Source of the DNA: a virus
Direction: 5' to 3' (one strand)
UHGV virus genome: UHGV-0140522
Length of the DNA stretch: 64,000 nt
Numbering within the stretch: the stretch's first letter is position 1; each line of letters starts with the position of its first letter. Made by a program: the position numbers and the translations under genes. Shown piece after piece: positions 47,513 to 56,618 of the stretch. Below the pieces are notes generated by a model, which was not told the DNA's origin, ran no database searches, and saw only the letters and a list, made by a program, of their open reading frames with translations.

Positions 47513-48082
47513 CTAGTTGTTCAGATAGGCATCAGGAACGCGGACATAAAAGTTTCTGTCGCCGGTCAGTTCCAGAGTAACGTTAATGTCATTGCCGTTA
47601 TCCAGCGTAGCCGTCGCTTTATAGAACTTGTCCGTCACCTTGTCCTGAATTGTCACCTTCATACATTTCGGCGCTGTGGTTCCGTTATTCTCTTTCAGAA
47701 TGGTCGTTACGAGAGGACAAGCCGCTTCTTCAAGAGCAACCTCTTCCTGGTGCGGGATGCCGATAAAGATGATGCAAGCCAGCGAAGCGACAATGACGAT
47801 AAACGGAATCCGACTCCCTTTTGTGATGGTCGCACGCTTCCAGAGATAGACCGGCAGGAAGAGTACGCCCCACAAAATGGCCGGTGGTTCATAGCCTGCT
47901 TCTGAGAGTGCCATTCTGTCGGCCACCAGCAAACCGATGACGGCAACACCGCCAATGACCATTGCGTAATTGAAGTACTCGTCTGGCGGTACGCCAAAGA
48001 AGAGAGGCAGGAACGCTAATATCCACGCATAAATATTTTTCAGAGGTTTTGTTTGTTGGTTCTGGGTTTCCATCACATCCAT
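47513..48082 (-). CDS. integral membrane protein (4 predicted TM helices plus a soluble C-terminal domain)
   Basis: Four hydrophobic helices in the N-terminal two-thirds. Candidate superinfection-exclusion protein. Confidence 0.5.
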   Translation of the reverse strand: MDVMETQNQQTKPLKNIYAWILAFLPLFFGVPPDEYFNYAMVIGGVAVIGLLVADRMALSEAGYEPPAILWGVLFLPVYLWKRATITKGSRIPFIVIVASLACIIFIGIPHQEEVALEEAACPLVTTILKENNGTTAPKCMKVTIQDKVTDKFYKATATLDNGNDINVTLELTGDRNFYVRVPDAYLNN

Positions 48083-48159
48083 TCCATCAGATTAAAACAG
48101 TGGTCATATGTTACCAATTTTCCTCGCTTATATAACCTGATTACTCAACGGGTGGGCGA

Positions 48160-48480
48160 TCACCAATCCCATGCAGGCAGCCCATCCACCATCTCGGCGT
48201 CGCAATCGAAGTGAACCGCGTCATAGCCGGCATCCAGTACCTTCTGAATGTTCTCGATGGTTTGCCATGTGACGCCGTAATCACGTAGCTCTTCTTTCCA
48301 GTCGTTGCCACGCATACCTGCGCGGACAATCCATCCGTACTCCGTGCCGTGTACCCAATTCAGTCCACGATCTGTTAGTGGGTCGAAACAGATATTAGGC
48401 AGACACTCAGAGTCATGCTGTGTAACGTGGGCGGTGCTGATCACCGCCGTCTTATACGATTCGGTGATTTTCAGCATCAT
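48160..48480 (-). CDS. hypothetical early protein (106 aa)
   Basis: Overlaps the stop of the upstream gene by 4 bp. Confidence 0.45.
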   Translation of the reverse strand: MMLKITESYKTAVISTAHVTQHDSECLPNICFDPLTDRGLNWVHGTEYGWIVRAGMRGNDWKEELRDYGVTWQTIENIQKVLDAGYDAVHFDCDAEMVDGLPAWDW

Positions 48481-48731
48481 GCCTTCTCCTTTGGAAACAG
48501 AATGTCGGCCGTGTCAGAAATGACATCCCAATTCACACCGACGCTGGCGTCATGGCACTCTTTGATTTTTCGCAAAACCTGAACGCACTGTTTGTCAGTC
48601 AGATCTGGTCGCACTTCACCTACATCTTCCTTGTGCCACATTACCATCAGCAGCGGCTCGTCTTCTGGGTAGTTCTCCAGCTTTTCGATGATGTCTTTTG
48701 CGGTTCCGAACATGATTAACTCCTTAAACAA
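48477..48731 (-). CDS. hypothetical early protein (84 aa)
   Basis: AAGGAG RBS. A leader element at 48726-48757 lies upstream. Confidence 0.45.
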   Translation of the reverse strand: MFKELIMFGTAKDIIEKLENYPEDEPLLMVMWHKEDVGEVRPDLTDKQCVQVLRKIKECHDASVGVNWDVISDTADILFPKEKA

Positions 48732-48757
48732 CTTGTTTTCTTGTTGGCGTTATTATC
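48726..48757 (-). promoter_or_regulatory. representative copy of the conserved early promoter/leader element
   Basis: On the minus strand the element reads GATAATAACGCCAACAAGAAAACAAGTTGTTTAAGGAGttaatcATG. It carries a -10 GATAAT, a TGn extended -10, the palindrome AAACAA-G-TTGTTT and the RBS. About 13 copies exist. Confidence 0.55.
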
Positions 48758-48798
48758 TAAAATAACAAAAGGCAGAAAACAAGATGTTTAAGGGATGA

Positions 48799-49122
48799 TT
48801 AGGTGAGTTTGAAGTCGTCCGCATCGTCGACGAACTCCATAAATCTGGCCTCCACGCTTGAGTGCGTTATCAGAAACTCAAGACCCCTTCCAAGCGAGGT
48901 TGGTTCTTCCAGCAAAAACTCGAACCCATCTTCATGAGTCCTGCCTAACCAGTATCCGCCGCCATACTCCTTCAATCGTTGAAAGAAAACGTACTGCCCC
49001 GGTTTGAAATTTTGAAGAGTCTCGCCCCTATAAACGATCTGATAGTTTGAGTCTTTGAGTCCCATTTTTTCGCCCTCAATACTGTATATACAAACAGTAG
49101 TATTTATTACTATACCGGTCAA
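48799..49122 (-). CDS. hypothetical protein (107 aa)
   Basis: ORF with consistent codon usage. Confidence 0.4.
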   Translation of the reverse strand: MTGIVINTTVCIYSIEGEKMGLKDSNYQIVYRGETLQNFKPGQYVFFQRLKEYGGGYWLGRTHEDGFEFLLEEPTSLGRGLEFLITHSSVEARFMEFVDDADDFKLT

Positions 49123-49252
49123 CTTTGCGGGTTAAGGGAATAACAAGGTGGTGAAAACAATTTGTTTCGGCACTTGAGATTTTGCAAACCGCACATACAT
49201 GAAAAGCGGCAATTTTTGAAACCTGATTTGACCCAAGTGAAAGGAGGAAACG

Positions 49253-49456
49253 ATGAAGACCTATGATCGCAACCGTAACGCTATCACTACCGGCAGCCGA
49301 GTGATGGTGGCAACGAATGGTGCAACGGGAGTCATCAAGGAAATCTGCGGAGAAGGCAAATCAGAAGAACAATTACGCCGTTCTGACTGCGTGTCTATCG
49401 AAGGTGTGGAGGGTCTGTTCTGCCCAATGGATTTAGTTCGCCTGGGATTCCATTAA
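49253..49456 (+). CDS. small protein (67 aa)
   Basis: AAAGGAGG RBS. An AAACAA-T-TTGTTT palindrome lies about 90 bp upstream. Confidence 0.4.
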   Translation: MKTYDRNRNAITTGSRVMVATNGATGVIKEICGEGKSEEQLRRSDCVSIEGVEGLFCPMDLVRLGFH

Positions 49457-49483
49457 TTTAATAATCTAGAAAACAAATTGTTT

Positions 49484-49503
49484 AAGGCCACTACTGTGGC
49501 CTT
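49484..49503. terminator. hairpin between convergent genes
   Basis: Stem aaggccac / gtggcctt. Confidence 0.5.
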
Positions 49504-49506
49504 CAT

Positions 49507-49878
49507 TTACTCTGCGATAAGCGATCCAATCATCGCCTGTAGCTCTCGTTCTTTTTCTTTGGCTACACGGAGTAATTCGGCATTTACATGACGTTGCAGC
49601 TTATCCATTACGCGGAACGACGGACGGCGCATGACGCTCTCGTCGATGGCTTTGGTATTCAAGCTAATAAGATGCCCGAAGTGGTTGAAGCCAGCCCCGA
49701 CGAACACTTCATATAGCTGGGCATCGCGCTCAAACAGAGCGATCCCATTTCGCACCTCAAGCAGCGTTCCTTCCTCAATAAGCGTATCCAGCGCCTTATC
49801 CCAGACCGGACAAAAGCGATAATTGAAACCTTCCAGTAATGCTGTAAAAAACAGCGAAACGGCATTACCCAACTTCAT
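49507..49878 (-). CDS. hypothetical protein (123 aa)
   Basis: ORF only. Confidence 0.4.
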   Translation of the reverse strand: MKLGNAVSLFFTALLEGFNYRFCPVWDKALDTLIEEGTLLEVRNGIALFERDAQLYEVFVGAGFNHFGHLISLNTKAIDESVMRRPSFRVMDKLQRHVNAELLRVAKEKERELQAMIGSLIAE

Positions 49879-49880
49879 AG

Positions 49881-50171
49881 TTACTCTTCCTTACTCCTTG
49901 CTCTGTTAGCCTGCACTTCCTTAGCCAGCTCGTAGGTAATTTTGCACGGCACAATCATCGCCCAGCCTTTTTCGTGGCTGTTAATCACCTGCTGAACATG
50001 GCCGTCTGTAATGGGCAGATCCGGCAACTGTTTAAAAACTTCCATCTGCTCATGGATATGCAGAAACCACCTTGCCAGCTCCATCTGCTCACCGCGGGTG
50101 AGGGGATTATCCAGCGGGGACTTAACAAAAGCGGAGACGCGCTCGACAGGCAGATCATTCATGCCGCGCAC
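49881..50171 (-). CDS. hypothetical protein (96 aa)
   Basis: Tightly packed against its neighbours. Confidence 0.4.
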   Translation of the reverse strand: MRGMNDLPVERVSAFVKSPLDNPLTRGEQMELARWFLHIHEQMEVFKQLPDLPITDGHVQQVINSHEKGWAMIVPCKITYELAKEVQANRARSKEE

Positions 50172-50848
50172 CTCTCTGCTTTATCCTGCAATTCGCGGAC
50201 ATACTCGACCAAAGAGCCGCCTGGTGGGACCTGGCATTCCTCAACTAACTGGAAGTAGATGTCTGCGGCCGCGCGTGTGTTCGAGCCTTTGTTTAGCTGC
50301 TCTTCGCGCAGCGCATCACGTTCGTTGATCAAACGAACACACTCGCCGTTACGCTGATCAACAACGGCCTCAAGTTCAGCGATACGTTCGCCTGGCGTCT
50401 TGCCTTCTTTGCGCTGGATGGTGACGGTAAACTCGCCCATTTCAGGAACGTTGTATCCCAGCTCCAGGTAATTTCTGGCGCCGCTGCGGACGAACTCACC
50501 TGCGAACATGGTGGCGAACATCGCAGAGGCCATCTCTCCTTTGAAAAGCGACTCCAGAGCTAACGGAGTGCCGGCAGACAGAGCCTCTTTTGCTGTGTCC
50601 ATTGCGTCCATGAACCGGTCGAACTCATTGGCGCGTTTCTCAAGGTCTCTCCACTGCTGGCTCCAACGGCGTGCCAGATGTTCGATAAAAACCTGCGCCG
50701 ATTCATCAAAGTTACCTTCGAACGTCACAAGCTCCTTGTCGATTTTGATGGTTCCGGCAGGCGTTCCTTCGTTCCCCTGTAGCACTAAATTAAATGGCAG
50801 CTTCGCCTGATTAACGCTGGCGAATGTAATTCTCGATTTTTCGCTCAT
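50159..50848 (-). CDS. hypothetical protein (229 aa)
   Basis: A palindrome site at 50888-50914 lies upstream. Confidence 0.45.
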   Translation of the reverse strand: MSEKSRITFASVNQAKLPFNLVLQGNEGTPAGTIKIDKELVTFEGNFDESAQVFIEHLARRWSQQWRDLEKRANEFDRFMDAMDTAKEALSAGTPLALESLFKGEMASAMFATMFAGEFVRSGARNYLELGYNVPEMGEFTVTIQRKEGKTPGERIAELEAVVDQRNGECVRLINERDALREEQLNKGSNTRAAADIYFQLVEECQVPPGGSLVEYVRELQDKAERCAA

Positions 50849-50906
50849 GTGTTCACCTCTGATAAAGTGGCTCTATTCTTACATAAATTAGGTAAGTATT
50901 TACCTA

Positions 50907-52610
50907 TCATTTTACGCGTTTGAAAACGTATACGCTTACAGTGATTCCGGTGTCTTCAAACTCGTCAGTAAACGACTTCCCTTTGGCATAAACGTAATTA
51001 TCCAGCGTCATCCAGTTCAGAGCTGGCGCATCACCCGGCAGTACTGCCACCAGTCGCCCGCCGACTTTAAGATGCTCCAGCGCGGTCAGCGTATGCTCTC
51101 TGTGACGGCCAAGAGAGTAGGGCGGGTTCATGACGATTTTGTCGAACTGATAGCCTGCGTTGTCCTCAGACCACTTCATGAAGTCGCAGCAGACCGTATT
51201 TGTGTACCCCTTGCCAATCAGGATATCAGCGAAGAGAGGTGCGACTTCTATGCAGGTAACGTCTTCCGGATTGGCGTCGATGCAGGCCAACAGATCTCCG
51301 CGCCCGGCTTCAGGCTCCAGCAGCTTCTCACCTGACTTCAGCTCGATGGCTCTGGCAACGTACTCCGCTATCAAACGCGGGGTAGGGTAGAACTGGTGTG
51401 ATTTTGTATCCGGTATTAAGCCAGTGGCCACAATCGTATTTAGCGTATGACCGATCTCATACGGGAACTGCCAGTGCTTTTTCTCCTGCACACCGCCAAT
51501 GAAGTTCAGTGTGCGCTCAAGCTCTTCCACCTGTGACTTCTGTAGGTTGGAATCAGAGAAGTACCAGACGCCTTTGTCTTTGCTGAATCGCCCGTCGCGC
51601 AGCGCGGTACGAACCGGCTCGGAGATCGTCTTCTGGATTAACCCGAACTCTTTTGGTGCCGGTGTTTTGGGTGCAGTACGGCATGGCGCCGGGATTGCTG
51701 CAGGCATACTGTAAGCCAGCACCTCATTCAGCTTCCAGGCCACGTCAGGATGTATTTCAAAGTGAACGTTGCCGTTCTTGAACATCTTCACGCGCATCAG
51801 GTTTCCGTCGACATTCATCCAGTCACCGGTCTGGCAGTCGTTTGCCCGGTACGCAGCTGATAGCATCTCAGTTGTGCGGTTGATGGTGATGAACTCTTTG
51901 TGCGCGAAGAAATGAAGCATGACGCGCAGATCGTCGATGTAGTCCTCTTTCCGGTAGTTCACGCTCACGCTGTCCCGCCAGAACTCGGAAATGAAGTTGG
52001 CGATGATCAGACGCTCGCTAAAGCCGTTCGTCTTATTGGTCTTGTGGGCAGGACTCAGCGCCTTAAACAAGCCATACACGCGCTCAGAGAGATATTTGTG
52101 CCTGTCATTCAGCAGATTGAGCATCGTGGGGATGACCGTTTCTGCTTTGAACTCCGGCACGCCAACGAACTCCTTAACCTTCATCTGGTAGCCGGTTCTG
52201 TCAGTCCTGATGGTTTCCTGTTTGCCTTCGATGAACTGCTCACGCCACTCGTCGCGGCGGGAAGCTGGCATGATCAGCAGAACGTTTGTCATATCCGTGA
52301 CCTTCTTCCAGTACTCGGCCCAGATATTCTGTTTCACCCATTCAAGGTCGACCTTGTCCAGCCAGGCTCTGTTAAAGCGTGTGCGCTCGTCATCCGGCCG
52401 GTGGTTGAGTCGCAGTAGGCGGTTAATCATGTTGTGGCGTTCGTCGCCATAAATGAAGTCGTGAACCTGATGCATGAATGCGATCTCTTTCTCGCACTCG
52501 GCCACAATTTCGTGGATGACGTTCATTTCCTGCCGGTAGTCGATATCAGTGTTTGGGGTGATAGCGTCAATGATAGAAAGAGCTGTATTCATGATTGCAC
52601 CATTAAACAA
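50907..52610 (-). CDS. N6-adenine DNA methyltransferase with an N-terminal extension of about 380 aa of unknown function
   Basis: The C-terminal domain has motif I (LEPEAGRGDL) and motif IV (NPPY, in VMNPPYS). The real start is probably the ATG at about 52592 rather than the TTG at 52610. Confidence 0.7.
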   Translation of the reverse strand: MFNGAIMNTALSIIDAITPNTDIDYRQEMNVIHEIVAECEKEIAFMHQVHDFIYGDERHNMINRLLRLNHRPDDERTRFNRAWLDKVDLEWVKQNIWAEYWKKVTDMTNVLLIMPASRRDEWREQFIEGKQETIRTDRTGYQMKVKEFVGVPEFKAETVIPTMLNLLNDRHKYLSERVYGLFKALSPAHKTNKTNGFSERLIIANFISEFWRDSVSVNYRKEDYIDDLRVMLHFFAHKEFITINRTTEMLSAAYRANDCQTGDWMNVDGNLMRVKMFKNGNVHFEIHPDVAWKLNEVLAYSMPAAIPAPCRTAPKTPAPKEFGLIQKTISEPVRTALRDGRFSKDKGVWYFSDSNLQKSQVEELERTLNFIGGVQEKKHWQFPYEIGHTLNTIVATGLIPDTKSHQFYPTPRLIAEYVARAIELKSGEKLLEPEAGRGDLLACIDANPEDVTCIEVAPLFADILIGKGYTNTVCCDFMKWSEDNAGYQFDKIVMNPPYSLGRHREHTLTALEHLKVGGRLVAVLPGDAPALNWMTLDNYVYAKGKSFTDEFEDTGITVSVYVFKRVK

Positions 52611-52733
52611 ATTGTTTTCTTGTTGGTGTTATTTTCCCAAACTAGAAAAGGCGTAAAAGCAGCATTCACAGGCGTTGCAGCTGATTTAAGGCGTAAAAAT
52701 GGGGGCTTTCGCCCCCTGTCGGCAGGTGAGAAA

Positions 52734-53305
52734 TTAGTGGTGTACGTGCTGCGTTTTGTGCGGCTGTTTGTTCAGGTCGTGGCGATGCGTAAGCTCGCGC
52801 ATCATGTCTTCAAGACGACTCTTGGTGTCGTCAAGCTGGTCGGCCATTGCCCCCAGCAGCTGGCGAACGGCCATCGGATCGTCGCTGTTCAGCTCAGGCA
52901 TTTTGAACCCAGACTGTGAAGACATCAGTTTGAAAGCGGCCAGCAACATCGCCAGAGAAGACTTCAACCCGGCGATTTCACGATCTTTGCTGGCGTTGGT
53001 TTCATCTGCCTTGACTGAATCCGGTGAGCACTTCGGCTTGCTTACCATTTCCAGAGTTGCCTGAAGTTTGTCGGCGCGTTCTTTCTCTTCCAGATACGCT
53101 TCGCCGAAATGACGCGCCAGCATCACAATTTCAATAGGATCATCAATCATGCTAGAGAACTTGAGAGCGCTGAAAAGGCGGTCGATAGGGGAGGCGTAGT
53201 CTTCGTGACCAACCACAAGACCCATGATCTCAACCAGTTCGGCCGCACCAACTTTTTTAATCACGCTTTCAACTTTGGCATTAGTTTTTTTGCATTTTTC
53301 GCACA
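52734..53305 (-). CDS. hypothetical protein with an N-terminal CxxC pair
   Basis: Start at MCEKCKK (ATG at 53303-53305) with an AAGGA RBS. The track ORF begins at a TTG further upstream. Confidence 0.45.
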
Positions 53306-53423
53306 TGTGTTTTTTCCTTATGTTTTTAAACAAGTTGTTTTCTAGATGGCGTTATTATGGCGTGACTGAAAAGGTGGGCAAACGCTACGTAAAGGCGGAC
53401 GCCCACGCTGAAGGTCTTCATTG

Positions 53424-53612
53424 TTAAAAAAATCCGAGAATGCTACCCACCGGAACAACGAAAATTCCCACGACACGCGCAAGTGTCATTCCGGCATCAA
53501 ACTGAAGATCGCCACCGTTCACGAGTTTCACCAGATTCATGATCCAGCCATCAAGCAGAAAAATGGCGAAGCCAACAATCATCTCGATGACTTTCTGGAA
53601 GCTCCATTTCAT
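53424..53612 (-). CDS. small two-TM membrane protein (62 aa)
   Basis: Two hydrophobic helices. Its start overlaps the upstream stop. Confidence 0.35.
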   Translation of the reverse strand: MKWSFQKVIEMIVGFAIFLLDGWIMNLVKLVNGGDLQFDAGMTLARVVGIFVVPVGSILGFF

Positions 53613-53858
53613 GCAATAGCCTCAGTCACAGCAGAAGGAAGATCCGGAGTTGCAGGTCGAGCTGGAATCGTGTCCAGCAGCATCCCATCCAGAGAGACAG
53701 GGGGTCGTTCTGGCAGTGGTGTCGTCTGCAGGGTTGTAGTGGAAGTAGTTGTGTCCGGTATCAACAGACTCTGACCGGCTGGTACGGCTACCGCTGCCAG
53801 GGTTGCTAAAATTACTCCGTAGGCCATTGGCTTCAGTCGATTTCGTTGAAAATTTTCC
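53609..53858 (-). CDS. signal-anchored Thr/Pro-rich small protein
   Basis: Internal start MENFQRNRLKP followed by a TM segment. It overlaps the 53622..54116 ORF in another frame. Confidence 0.3.
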
Positions 53859-54116
53859 ATGAGAACTGTCCTTGTGTGCCTGGGATTCACGCAACACACG
53901 AGAGGCGACGGAATCACGCACCTTCTCCATGCCTACTGTCGCGCCCAGATTTGCTATGGCGGTAGCTTGCGCATCAATGCGCTTCTCCAGCTCAAACACT
54001 CGTTCTTCCAGTTCCGCAAGGCGTGCAGAAACACAACCGCTAAACAGCTCGGCCAGAACCAGGCGAATTGAACGGGGACGTTTATTGAAAGAAGTGAAAG
54101 GCGTTTGACGTGCCAT
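53622..54116 (-). CDS. coiled-coil protein (3' extent uncertain; the C-terminal third looks non-coding)
   Basis: The N-terminal 80 aa are coiled-coil-like. The C-terminal part is low-complexity and overlaps a better ORF in another frame. Confidence 0.3.
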   Translation of the reverse strand: MARQTPFTSFNKRPRSIRLVLAELFSGCVSARLAELEERVFELEKRIDAQATAIANLGATVGMEKVRDSVASRVLRESQAHKDSSHGKFSTKSTEANGLRSNFSNPGSGSRTSRSESVDTGHNYFHYNPADDTTARTTPCLSGWDAAGHDSSSTCNSGSSFCCD

Positions 54117-54240
54117 TTGGATTCCATTCAGTGTCAGAAAGAGTTGCGGCTGGCCAAGCCAGCCGCCTTTTGGCGTTCCATCCTAGAACAGTACCTAACC
54201 GGTACTTCGTCATCCTGACGAACGGTAAGATACCTGATTT

Positions 54241-54272
54241 AAAATGATAGGTAAATACTTACCTATCATTTT
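54241..54272. promoter_or_regulatory. extended 32-bp copy of the palindrome, AAAATGATAGGTAAATACTTACCTATCATTTT
   Basis: The longest copy. It defines the extended consensus and lies about 125 bp upstream of the gene starting at 54116. Confidence 0.55.
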
Positions 54273-54510
54273 GTGACAAAAATCCAATGTCACGCTTGTG
54301 AGGCATATCGGCTGCGGAGTAGGCGGCGATCAGAGCAGGCCGTTCAATAGATCTGCTTTGAGAGAGGATTGGACCAAGCCCTAGATAACGAGAGAGCACG
54401 GTGCTAATACCCAAGACGACAACAGACGAGTTCATGGCAACATTTTGGAAGGTATCTTCGTATCATGATGTGGTTAAATAGACACAATTTAACCCAATGG
54501 AATTTTAGCC

Positions 54511-55113
54511 ATGCTAACCTTCTGGCACGAATATTCAGATCTCATCTCCGCATTTTTAGCGGCTCTTTTAGGTGGCTGTTTCACGATGAAAGGAGTGACA
54601 GCTCAGGTGAAACAGCAGGCAAAACAGCAGGCAACAGCGGCCAGAGAGAAGCGTATAACAACGCTATTGGGTGTCAGAGAGGAAATAGACTCACTGATTA
54701 AGTTGTATAAGGCCAGAATTGAAGAGGAAATCAAACAATACGACCGGAACTCACCGTTCGATAACATTTTCCCCATTACTCAAAACTACTTCACTTTCTA
54801 TGAAGCTAACTCGGCATCTCTACCTGAAGTTCATAGAGAAACACTATCAAAAATTGTGGCTTTTTATACAAGCGCAAGAAGCCTAATTGATTCCTATCGC
54901 GGTAATAATGCCCTTATCGAAAGGCTGGACTCCACGCAGGTTGCCAGTGACATTACTGGCAACAAAGAGCATCTTGCACACCTGAAAAGATACACAATCC
55001 TAGCCACAGAGTACGGCCGCGGATTAATGATGATTCATGAAGAGGTCATGCTGCGCTATAAACAGGTTATAGAAGCCATCGATGGTGAAATCTCGCAGCT
55101 ACAATGCAGTTAG
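54511..55113 (+). CDS. membrane-anchored hypothetical protein (200 aa); GC appears lower than the flanks
   Basis: N-terminal TM (LISAFLAALLGGCF). Two hairpins with a GTCCGCT/AGCGGAC stem follow at 55120-55200. Confidence 0.45.
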   Translation: MLTFWHEYSDLISAFLAALLGGCFTMKGVTAQVKQQAKQQATAAREKRITTLLGVREEIDSLIKLYKARIEEEIKQYDRNSPFDNIFPITQNYFTFYEANSASLPEVHRETLSKIVAFYTSARSLIDSYRGNNALIERLDSTQVASDITGNKEHLAHLKRYTILATEYGRGLMMIHEEVMLRYKQVIEAIDGEISQLQCS

Positions 55114-55247
55114 TACTACAGCCTGTCCGCTTATGGCGCGTAGCGGACTAGCTCATTGGGCAGAAGGTCCGCTCTGAGCGAGGAGCGGACATTCGCCCCT
55201 CTGTCGTATGTCCTTAAAGAGCGCACACCAGATATAAAAGAATTGCG

Positions 55248-56450
55248 TTAGTGTACCTTCCTATTTTGACGGGATGTTGCATATGTCATCACTACCGCCC
55301 CCAGTAGTAACAAACCACTTAAACCAAATGCACTTCTCCATCCCAGACTGTCGAATGCCAGACCTCCAGCCGTTGAACCAAGCGCAATCGATAGCTGGAT
55401 CACCGCAACCATGAGGCCACCACCCCTCTCTGCATCTTCGGGTAACGCTCGTGCTATCCATGTCCACCATCCTGTTGGCGCAGCCGTCGCAAGTAGCCCC
55501 CACAGGCTTAATAATACGGCAACGGCCCAGATGTGGTGTCCGACCAGCAGTAACGCACCAGTAATCGCGGCCATAAGCAACGGGATCATGATTAAGGTCT
55601 TGTAAAATTTGGCGTTCAGGAATGTTGAGACGATCATTGTGCCGACAAAACCTGCTATGCCTATTGCAAGCAAAATCAGAGAAAGGTTAGAAGGTCCCAC
55701 TCTGGTGACGCTCTCCAGAAAGGGGCGCACGTAGGTAAACAAAGCAAACTGTCCCATAAAGAAGAGCCCGCAGGCAAGCATTCCCGTTGGTACGATGGCA
55801 ACGCTGAACAGACGAAGCACAGACCCCTGTGGTTTTTGTGTTTTATCGCTTTCCATCGAAGGCAGGCTGAACCATTGCCAGATGAACGCAGCTATCGCAA
55901 GAGGGACGAGACATAAAAAGGCCCCACGCCAACCGACCGTTGTCCCCAGATAACTACCAAGCGGCGCAGCCACAACGGTGGCCAGCGCGTTACCGCCGTT
56001 AAAAATTGCCAGTGCGCGGGGAACCTGGTGCTGTGGCACGAGCCGAATGGCGGTTGCAGCCGACATTGACCAGAACCCTCCGATGACGACGCCAATCAGA
56101 GCCCTCCCCAGCATATAAATCGGATAGTCAGGCGCCATGGTGATAACTAACCCTGATATGGCCATTAAGACCGTTAGCCCAAGCAGAAGATATTTACGAT
56201 TCAGGTCTCCGGCAATATGGGAGATAGTCAGACTGGTCAGCACTGCCAGTGCGCCAGAGACGGCAATTCCTTGCCCTGCCAACCCTTCGGTAACGTGCAA
56301 ATCGCGGGCAATGAGCGTAAGCAGGCTGACTGGCATAAACTCAGAAGCGATCAGCACAAACACGCAAAGCGTCATGGCAAATACGCCGCTCCAGTATGCA
56401 TGCTTTTTTTCGTATGATGGTTTTAGACTTACAGTGGACATTATTAGCAT
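55248..56450 (-). CDS. MFS transporter (12 TM helices)
   Basis: About 400 aa with repeated hydrophobic helices and a GxxxD/RxGRR-like loop. Confidence 0.8.
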   Translation of the reverse strand: MLIMSTVSLKPSYEKKHAYWSGVFAMTLCVFVLIASEFMPVSLLTLIARDLHVTEGLAGQGIAVSGALAVLTSLTISHIAGDLNRKYLLLGLTVLMAISGLVITMAPDYPIYMLGRALIGVVIGGFWSMSAATAIRLVPQHQVPRALAIFNGGNALATVVAAPLGSYLGTTVGWRGAFLCLVPLAIAAFIWQWFSLPSMESDKTQKPQGSVLRLFSVAIVPTGMLACGLFFMGQFALFTYVRPFLESVTRVGPSNLSLILLAIGIAGFVGTMIVSTFLNAKFYKTLIMIPLLMAAITGALLLVGHHIWAVAVLLSLWGLLATAAPTGWWTWIARALPEDAERGGGLMVAVIQLSIALGSTAGGLAFDSLGWRSAFGLSGLLLLGAVVMTYATSRQNRKVH

Positions 56451-56618
56451 CCCTTAATATCGAACCAGCCAGATTCAGGCGCAGTCGGGTCAGAAGTTAT
56501 TCAGGGAATAACGACATAATAGGTGGGTGAGAATATGGGGCGATGTGACATATTCGGCGTCACACCAGGCAGGTAAAAGCCACCCGTTTATGACAGGTGG
56601 CCTGGTAAACTTTTCGGG

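Noticed and set aside
49080-49120. agtagtatttattactatac, resembling the major palindrome
   Set aside because: Only a loosely palindromic AT-rich sequence. It does not match the GGTAAGTACTTACC core.
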